Program-made: the position numbers and the translations under genes | The notes under the pieces: generated by a model | Told to the model about the DNA's origin: nothing | The model's input: the letters and a program-made list of their open reading frames with translations, nothing else | The model's database searches: none | Assembly (NCBI GenBank): GCA_044869275.1 | Contig: JBIOXB010000067.1 | Location: 1 to 46,833, forward strand | Direction: 5' to 3' | Length of the DNA: 46,833 bases | DNA from: a bacterium | GTDB lineage: Bacteria; Zhuqueibacterota; Zhuqueibacteria; Zhuqueibacterales; Zhuqueibacteraceae | Shown: in pieces, positions 37,198-44,170 of the stretch | Position numbering within the stretch: the first letter of the stretch is position 1 | Layout of the letters: every line of letters begins with the position of its first letter

Positions 37198-40100
37198 CTA
37201 TTTTGCCAGAATCATTTTTCGCGTTGTGCTAAAATCACCAGCCTCCAAACGATAGAAGTAAATGCCACAAGCCAAATCACCGGCGTCGAAAGTCAATTCG
37301 TGATAACCTGCCGGTAAATCTCCTGCCATTAACTCTCGCACCAGCTTTCCGTTCACGCTATAGATCGCCACCCTGACCTTATTTGCTATGGGCAGGTCAA
37401 AACGAATGGTCGTAGTGGGATTAAAGGGATTGGGGTAATTCTGCAACAACACAAAATTCGCCGGCGCTGCGATACTCTTCTCAAGTGCGGGTTGTTCTCC
37501 GGTCTCGTATTCCTCGAGCATCTCACTCTCGACCTCGGCAATTTGTGCGTTGTTGGCGTTCGCGTCCGAAGCAGAATACTTGATGGTGATGAAATCCGCA
37601 TGCCCGTTGGCCGCAAGGCTATACCCCGCAACGAAAATATTCCCCGAGGCATCTAGGGCAATGTCTCTGGCTTCGTCGAAATTGTTTGCAGGAGCGTTAT
37701 AGCGCGTAACCCACTGCCGCACGCCCGAGCTGTTGTATTTGATTGTGGCGTAATCGACGCCACCGTTCGTACCCAAGCTGTGCCCGGTAACATAGACATT
37801 GCCGGCGCCATCAACGGTCAAAGCATTGGATATGTCGTCGCCATGGCCCGGGCCGTCGTAGCGCGCGGCCCACTGCTGTATACCGGCGCTGTTATATTGA
37901 ACAGTGAAGAAATCATGATTCCCATTCGCGCCCAGGCTGTATCCCGATACATAAACATTCCCGGAGGCATCCACTGCAATGCCTCTGGCTTCGTCAGTGC
38001 TGTTGGCCGGCGCATCATAGCGCGCAACCCACTGTCGCACGCCCGCGCTGTTGTACTTGATCGTGGCATAATCCTGGCTGCCATTCGAGCCCAAGCTATG
38101 TCCCGTGACGTAAACACTGCCCGCGCCGTCAATAGTCAAGATATTCGCTTTGTCGTCACCGTTGCCCGGCCCGTTGTAACGGGCAGCCCATTGTTGAGCC
38201 CCGGCGCTACCATATTTGACGGTGAAGTAATCATGATTCGCATTTGCGCCATAGCTATTGCCCGTCACATAGACATTGCCGGCGCCATCAACGACAATAC
38301 TTTTGGCCTCATCATGCTTGTTGGCCGGCGCATTATAGCGTGCAACCCACTGCAGCACACCGGCACCGCTATACTTGATCGTGGCGTAATCCGGATTGCC
38401 ATTCGCGCCCAAGCTATGCCCGGTGACAAAAACATTGCCCGCTCCATCGGCCGCCAAAGCATTGATTTTGTCATCACCATTGCCCGGCCCGTTGTAGCGC
38501 GCGGTCCATTGCCGCGCTCCGGCGCTGTTGTATTTGATGGTGAAATAATCTTGATTCCCATTCGCGCCGTAGCTGAATCCAGCCACATAGACATTGCCTG
38601 AGGCATCAACGGCAATATCTTTGGCTTCGTCAAGGTTATTGACAGGCGCACTATGGCGGGCGCCCCACTGCCGCACACCGGCGGTATTGTATTTCAACGT
38701 CATGAAATCGCGATTGCTACTCGCGCCCAGACTGTGACCGGTCACGTAAACATTGCCGGCGCCGTCGAGCACTAGAGCATTGGCTTCATCAGCGGAATTT
38801 GCCGGGCCGTTGTAACGCGCGACCCAGGCGGGTGTGGGTGAGGTTTTCTTAAAGCTTGCTGTTACTACGGCATGGCCGCTGATGGTAAAGGTTGTGATTG
38901 GAGCGGACGGAACCGCAAATGTTCCTCCGTAGCCTGTCCAACCGCTAAACGTGAATCCTGAGTTCGGCGTTGCGGTCAAGTTGATCGCTGTGCCTGAGGT
39001 AAAATTTCCCGAACAGTTTGTTGAAGTCATGACTGTTACCGTGCCCCATCCGATAGTATTGACTCCGGTCGTGAGGGTATAGCAAGGGTTCGTGGATTGG
39101 ACACTGCGGAAGACGCCACCCCCATTTGATCCAGCAAAGACATATCCATTTAAATCGACGATAAGAGAGCGATTATTAGGATTGGTCAAGCCGCTATTGA
39201 TCGAGATCCAATTTGCCCCGTTGTTTTTTGATCGAAAAACGTCAAAATAAGTGCCTGCAAAAATATCGTCTTCCGAATTGATCGCAAGGGCAAGAACGGT
39301 ATAGTTTGGCCCAGTCAATCCATTATTGACTGGAACCCAATTCTTGCCATTATCCTCTGAACGAAAAACACCGCCATCATCCGTACCCGCAAAAATGTGT
39401 CCATCAGAATTTATGGCAAGTGACCGAACATGTTTATGCGTCAACCCGGAATTGACTGGAGACCAAGAAACGCCATTATCAGTCGAAATAAATATACCGT
39501 CACCTCCAGTTCCTGCAAAAATGTCTCCGCCAGAATTAACCGCAAGTGAGATAACTGGGGCACTCGCAAAGGGAATGCCGTAAGGATCCCAACTAATTCC
39601 GTTGTTGGTTGAACGAAGAATGCTAGCATCATCGATTCCTGCAAAGATATGATTCAGAGAATTTATGGCCAGAGAACGGATATAATTAGGCCAACCAACT
39701 GGAGTCCAACTTGAGCCATTATTGGTTAAGCGAAAGGTCCCGTCACCGCCGGTTCCCGCAAAAACATCTCCACTCGAATTGATAGCAAGAGACGATATTT
39801 GAGTATTTGTCAGACCGGTATTAATTTGAACCCAACTTCCACCATGATCTAATGAGCGGAAAACACCGTTGCTACTAGTCGCCGCAAAGATATGATTTTG
39901 CGAATTGGCAACAAAAGAATACACATCTGAGGGACCACTACCCGTTGGTTGCCAGAAATCGGCATTCGACGGAATAATAAAATAGGCTGTAACAATCGCA
40001 TTACCAGTGATTGTAAAAGTTGTCGTTGGTGACGTGGCATCGGAAAAGAGACCACCAGAACCGGCCCATCCATTAAAAGTGTATCCTGAGCCGGGTATCG

Positions 40101-41883
40101 CCGTCAAGTTGATTGGTGTGCCAGATACATAACCTCCTTGACAATCTTGCGTTGTTAGTATTGATATGGTTCCTGATCCGCTTGGATTAGCTATGGTAGT
40201 TAAATTGTAACACGACGGTAGTGTAGAGGTGAAGTTCGCGGTCTCTGTGATCGGCCCGTTCATCATCACGGTAGCCGAGCTATTCGGTCCAGAATATGAA
40301 ACTGTTCCAATTCCTGTCCAATCGGTAAAACTGAAGTCGCTATTTGGCGTGGCGGAGATGGGTACGGGTGATCCGCTGTTACACCAGCCGCTCGCGGGAC
40401 TGACCGTACCTCCGCTTCCGGCAATCATGGTGAGGTAGTACTGCGTCGCGTAATTTGCCGTGTAGGTGGAATTACTACTTGGTGTTTGGATCGTGTGCGT
40501 TTGAGGTTGCCCGTTATTCCAGGAACTGAAAACATACTTTGTACCGTTTGTACCACTTTGCGGTGAAGATGCTGTCACAACATGAAACAAACCAACTTCC
40601 CATTGAAAAGTTTTGGGAGTCGTATGCACAAAACCATCAACCAATATCTGCAACCCTGGCGGCGAAGTTTGGTAGGTAATATCGACCGTCGGGTTTAAAA
40701 GGTTTTTGACATTCGTTCGAATCGTCGCAAGTTGATTATATAAATTGTCACCCGGGCAATCGGTTGGGCCGCCGAGCACGCCGATATCGCGGTGGCCGGT
40801 GATTCGGCTTAGACTCTGAGTTCCCCAATATGTAATTATGTTGGAAGTGCTGAGTGGATCCAAATTCCGTTGGCCAAATCTCCAGGCAATCAGATTTTCG
40901 GCGCTATGCAAAGCTCTCGAGTCCGGCGTGCCTGCTGGCGGGTTGAGCAACGGCGGATGAAACTGACCGATCAGCGCAACGCCAAAACTGACCGCATTGG
41001 CACCGCCACCACCACCACCGGCATGTGCGGCCCTCACGTCGGTTACACTTAACGAGGGGTTATATCGACCTTGATAAATGTTGCCGAGGTGATCGACCAA
41101 AAAATTATAACCGATGTCACCCCATCCATTATTATTGGCGTGATGGTCCCAAATTTGGCGAACGTTCTGAGCGGGGTTTACAGGATTATTTGCATGAACC
41201 GTGTGATGAATAACGGCATGAGAAATGGTAATCGCTACCGGTGCCCAACGTGGTGAGTTTATCTCGTTTGCCGGCAGACTTCCCCACCAATCGCCGCGAA
41301 GAATAATGGTCGGCTGCGAAAAAGTGCTTGCCGGCTCTGCGCGCATTTGCGCAGCGGGTTTACCCAGAAAGCGATCCACTTTCAAGCCGGTGCTGGCATC
41401 CGAAACAGAGATGCGAACGAAACGAAGAGCCAGATGCGATGGTGCTTTTATCCGCACTTCATAATCCATATGCGCGCTGCCGTCAGAAGTTTCGTACAAA
41501 TGGCTCCAGTAAAGATCGGAAGGTGTTTCACTGGGCGCGGTTTCGCCGTGAGTTTTTAGAACACCCCAATTCTTCGTCGTTCCTCTTGTGCGAATCTCGA
41601 TCTGAAAGTCTTCAGGCTTGGTAATGCTATCTGATGTACGCCAACCCACAGCTAGTCCGGTGAAGGGAATGGGGCTCTTCCCAATCAAGTTATATGTTCC
41701 TTCCGTTCTCACTATTAGTTGATCCGGCTCCCACTCAAAAACAGCCGAAGGAATGCCCCTTTGCGCAGTTTGAATGGAGGTTCGAAAACCGGGCATGCTT
41801 TGCGCATTTTGCCCAAATGCAAACTTGTGAGAAAGGATGCACAAAATGAACACTATAGCCAGGTGTGGGATTGTTGATCTCAT
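37198..41883 (-). CDS. Secreted N-acetylmuramoyl-L-alanine amidase (Amidase_2/PGRP) with InlB-B-like repeats, BNR-type propeller, 8 SBBP repeats and a T9SS-type C-terminal domain
   Basis: Signal peptide from ATG 41883; VIHHT, GWGDIGYNFLVD, GHRD, TDCPG; ATPNSGFTFSGWTG repeats; FRSxDNGxxW Asp-boxes; QNYPNPFNPTTTIRF. Confidence 0.9.
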   Translation of the reverse strand: MRSTIPHLAIVFILCILSHKFAFGQNAQSMPGFRTSIQTAQRGIPSAVFEWEPDQLIVRTEGTYNLIGKSPIPFTGLAVGWRTSDSITKPEDFQIEIRTRGTTKNWGVLKTHGETAPSETPSDLYWSHLYETSDGSAHMDYEVRIKAPSHLALRFVRISVSDASTGLKVDRFLGKPAAQMRAEPASTFSQPTIILRGDWWGSLPANEINSPRWAPVAITISHAVIHHTVHANNPVNPAQNVRQIWDHHANNNGWGDIGYNFLVDHLGNIYQGRYNPSLSVTDVRAAHAGGGGGGANAVSFGVALIGQFHPPLLNPPAGTPDSRALHSAENLIAWRFGQRNLDPLSTSNIITYWGTQSLSRITGHRDIGVLGGPTDCPGDNLYNQLATIRTNVKNLLNPTVDITYQTSPPGLQILVDGFVHTTPKTFQWEVGLFHVVTASSPQSGTNGTKYVFSSWNNGQPQTHTIQTPSSNSTYTANYATQYYLTMIAGSGGTVSPASGWCNSGSPVPISATPNSDFSFTDWTGIGTVSYSGPNSSATVMMNGPITETANFTSTLPSCYNLTTIANPSGSGTISILTTQDCQGGYVSGTPINLTAIPGSGYTFNGWAGSGGLFSDATSPTTTFTITGNAIVTAYFIIPSNADFWQPTGSGPSDVYSFVANSQNHIFAATSSNGVFRSLDHGGSWVQINTGLTNTQISSLAINSSGDVFAGTGGDGTFRLTNNGSSWTPVGWPNYIRSLAINSLNHIFAGIDDASILRSTNNGISWDPYGIPFASAPVISLAVNSGGDIFAGTGGDGIFISTDNGVSWSPVNSGLTHKHVRSLAINSDGHIFAGTDDGGVFRSEDNGKNWVPVNNGLTGPNYTVLALAINSEDDIFAGTYFDVFRSKNNGANWISINSGLTNPNNRSLIVDLNGYVFAGSNGGGVFRSVQSTNPCYTLTTGVNTIGWGTVTVMTSTNCSGNFTSGTAINLTATPNSGFTFSGWTGYGGTFAVPSAPITTFTISGHAVVTASFKKTSPTPAWVARYNGPANSADEANALVLDGAGNVYVTGHSLGASSNRDFMTLKYNTAGVRQWGARHSAPVNNLDEAKDIAVDASGNVYVAGFSYGANGNQDYFTIKYNSAGARQWTARYNGPGNGDDKINALAADGAGNVFVTGHSLGANGNPDYATIKYSGAGVLQWVARYNAPANKHDEAKSIVVDGAGNVYVTGNSYGANANHDYFTVKYGSAGAQQWAARYNGPGNGDDKANILTIDGAGSVYVTGHSLGSNGSQDYATIKYNSAGVRQWVARYDAPANSTDEARGIAVDASGNVYVSGYSLGANGNHDFFTVQYNSAGIQQWAARYDGPGHGDDISNALTVDGAGNVYVTGHSLGTNGGVDYATIKYNSSGVRQWVTRYNAPANNFDEARDIALDASGNIFVAGYSLAANGHADFITIKYSASDANANNAQIAEVESEMLEEYETGEQPALEKSIAAPANFVLLQNYPNPFNPTTTIRFDLPIANKVRVAIYSVNGKLVRELMAGDLPAGYHELTFDAGDLACGIYFYRLEAGDFSTTRKMILAK

Positions 41884-42201
41884 GTTGCCAGCTCCTTTAA
41901 TTACGATCAATGAAGTTCAATGAGCTGCCCCTTTCTTGGGACGGACGGTTGTCGCAATTCAATTTTAACACAAAACAAAATCGTGCGTGATTTCACCCTG
42001 ACAGAATTCATTCAAATCACACAGGCAAAGCCATCGCACTAAGGTGTTAATCACTGGAGCCGCTCTTACATAAATCGAAACGCCACGCACCCCCAGGTTG
42101 CTGCCGCGGCGTTTCGAGTTATATTAGATCATCCAACAACAAAATCGACCCCATACAAAATCATGTTTCCCTGCACCAATCAGTTTATTTCGAAACAATG
42201 G

Positions 42202-42235
42202 GGCGAGTGATTTCATCGCACAAAAACGGTATTTT
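42202..42235 (-). promoter_or_regulatory. Putative operator motif, copy 2
   Basis: ggcgagtgatttcatcgcacaaaaacggtatttt, upstream of the amidase gene. Confidence 0.6.
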
Positions 42236-42377
42236 TATTTGCACGCTTGAAAGGGAGCAAGGCTGGGCCAAAAAAGTGGCGTCGTCGGGCTTGGGCACGA
42301 CTACTTTGCTACGCCAAAGCCCGGCTTCGCCCGCCAGCATTTTCAAAACAACATCTGCTCTTATGTACCGGCAATGC

Positions 42378-42411
42378 GGCGAGTGTTTTCATCACACAAA
42401 AGTGGTATTTT
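42378..42411 (-). promoter_or_regulatory. Putative operator motif, copy 3
   Basis: ggcgagtgttttcatcacacaaaagtggtatttt, 176 nt from copy 2. Confidence 0.6.
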
Positions 42412-42541
42412 GATCTGCAGTGTTGGGGAGAGAAAGCTGGCGGGGATTGGGAGAATCGAAAGTGGCGCACGTTTTGCAGTCGCTCCTTCAGGCGCAGGGT
42501 GCTACTGCACTGTTATCCTAGTTCCAATCAGCTCTTTATGT

Positions 42542-42616
42542 TGTCATCGAGAAGGAATCTTGTTCAGCGCAATCACAGTGCTTGCTTCAACCAAGATCCC
42601 GCAAGGCGGGATGACA
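42542..42616. repeat. TGTCA...TGACA REP-like palindrome, degenerate copy
   Basis: tgtcatcgagaaggaatcttg...caagatcccgcaaggcgggatgaca. Confidence 0.6.
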
Positions 42617-42663
42617 TGGCTGAAGGTATAGCAATTGAGGTGACATGGCATTACTCCCGAGCC

Positions 42664-42686
42664 GTAACGCCCTAAGGCGTTACTAC
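42664..42686 (-). repeat. GTAG-type REP hairpin
   Basis: Minus strand GTAG-TAACGCC-TTAG-GGCGTTA, 4 nt after the regulator stop. Confidence 0.6.
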
Positions 42687-42690
42687 CAAC

Positions 42691-43317
42691 CTACTTCTGC
42701 AAATACCTCAACATGGCCTCCGCCCGGTTGCGCACATGCAGCTTTTCGTAAATATTGCGCAAATGCGTGCGCACGGTTTCAACGCTGAGGTGAAGGTCAT
42801 TGGCAATTTCTTTATAAAGAAAACCCTTGGAGAGATGAGCGAGGATTTCTTGTTCGCGCTTGGAAAGTTCGGCAGTGGGTGTGGAAGCCTGGCGCGTCTT
42901 TTGAAAGGCTTGCACCACTTTGCGGGCAATTTCGCCGGACATGGGCGAGCCGCCGTGATGCAGATCACGGATGGCCTCCAACAATTTGTCTTGTGGCGTT
43001 TTTTTCAAGATATAGCCGCTGGCGCCCACCTCCAGCGATTTGAAGATCTTTTCATCATCATCATAAATCGTAAGCATCATGAATTGCATCCGCGGGCATT
43101 GCGTCTTCAAACGCGCGATGCATTCGATGCCGGACATGCCCGGCAGTCCAATGTCCATGAGCACGACGTCCGGCTCCCAATCCGGCAGGTCTTCCAAAGC
43201 TGCCTCGGCGCACGCATACGCGGCGACACAGCGAAATCCTTCTGCGCTGTTGATGAGCTCGGCTAAACCTTCTCGGATTTCATCAATGTCTTCGACGATG
43301 GCGACGTGAATGGACAT
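42691..43317 (-). CDS. NarL/LuxR-family response regulator
   Basis: AIVEDI, PDVVLMDIGLPG, GASGYILK, LSKREQEIL, YKEIA, TVRTHLRNIYEKLHV; ATG 43317. Confidence 0.96.
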   Translation of the reverse strand: MSIHVAIVEDIDEIREGLAELINSAEGFRCVAAYACAEAALEDLPDWEPDVVLMDIGLPGMSGIECIARLKTQCPRMQFMMLTIYDDDEKIFKSLEVGASGYILKKTPQDKLLEAIRDLHHGGSPMSGEIARKVVQAFQKTRQASTPTAELSKREQEILAHLSKGFLYKEIANDLHLSVETVRTHLRNIYEKLHVRNRAEAMLRYLQK

Positions 43318-43368
43318 AATTGATTTGGTGAAGTTCAATTCATGATTCGGGAATACGATTTATAAGAG

Positions 43369-43986
43369 TTACCCTTCATGAAATCTAACTATTGCGCGAC
43401 GATTCCTACTGCTTGGAATGAAATAGTAAAGCCATTTTGAAGCAAAATAGAGGCCCAAGAAATACGCCGAACCGAGAAGGACAATAAATACTTCTCCACA
43501 AAAACTTGCAAATTTAAAGGGGTACGCTTGCAATACATACTTGTTTACCATGAAGAATATTATCACCAGATTGACAGCAGCGAAACCATAGGCGGTTTTC
43601 TCTATAGTGCTATAGTTTTTAGAGAGCGCCAAGCTACATACTCCTGTAAAGGAAGATATACCGAAGAGCATCAAATAACCGAAATAGTCTTGCCAAGAAA
43701 CTGCTGCGGTGATTTGGAGGTAGCCAAAGATAGAGTACAATGCCATGGACAAGAAAAGATAAACACCTCCAAATATCGCGATGATGTGCGAACCTAGCTC
43801 GCCAGCGTTAGCCATAAAAAGCAAACTTCCACCTAAAAACAACAACAGCAAGATAAGAAATATCGAAATAAACCATCGAGACGACCAAAAGTCGAACGCA
43901 ATATCATTGAGAATAAACTGCCCCAAGGTCATCAAATCTGCCAGTAGCGAAATCAACCCAAGAATTGTGGGTAAAAGCTTCTTCAT
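43369..43986 (-). CDS. AT-rich hypothetical multi-pass membrane protein
   Basis: About six hydrophobic segments; ATG 43986; visibly lower GC than its neighbours. Confidence 0.75.
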   Translation of the reverse strand: MKKLLPTILGLISLLADLMTLGQFILNDIAFDFWSSRWFISIFLILLLLFLGGSLLFMANAGELGSHIIAIFGGVYLFLSMALYSIFGYLQITAAVSWQDYFGYLMLFGISSFTGVCSLALSKNYSTIEKTAYGFAAVNLVIIFFMVNKYVLQAYPFKFASFCGEVFIVLLGSAYFLGLYFASKWLYYFIPSSRNRRAIVRFHEG

Positions 43987-44054
43987 AGCGATATCGTCAA
44001 TAAGGTTTTTTGGCAAAGCGGCCTGAAATAGGATTGGAGGTATAATTGTTGTGA

Positions 44055-44099
44055 TATATACATCAAAGGATTAACTCGATCAATCGCACAAAAGTAGTA
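44055..44099 (-). promoter_or_regulatory. Promoter with adjacent operator core (motif copy 4)
   Basis: Minus strand TACTACTTTTGTGCGA directly followed by TTGATC-17 nt-TATATA. Confidence 0.55.
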
Positions 44100-44170
44100 G
44101 ATTGTAGAGCAGCTTCTTTAACGATTAAACGCTTGGTTCACGGTGAAAGAATTAACATGAGTTCTCGATT

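Noticed and set aside
33227..38829. Duplicated tail as a DGR template/variable repeat pair or as a CRISPR array
   Set aside because: Both copies are coding and 1.6 kb long, differences are not adenine-specific, there is no repeat-spacer structure, and no reverse transcriptase or cas gene lies in the window.
42016..42065. GCAAAGCC...CTAAGG resembling part of a c-di-GMP-I riboswitch
   Set aside because: The P2 stem with its GNRA loop is missing and the element is antisense to the adjacent gene.
42198..42675. Plus-strand ORFs in the regulator-amidase intergenic region
   Set aside because: They run through operator copies and REP elements and have no protein-like features.
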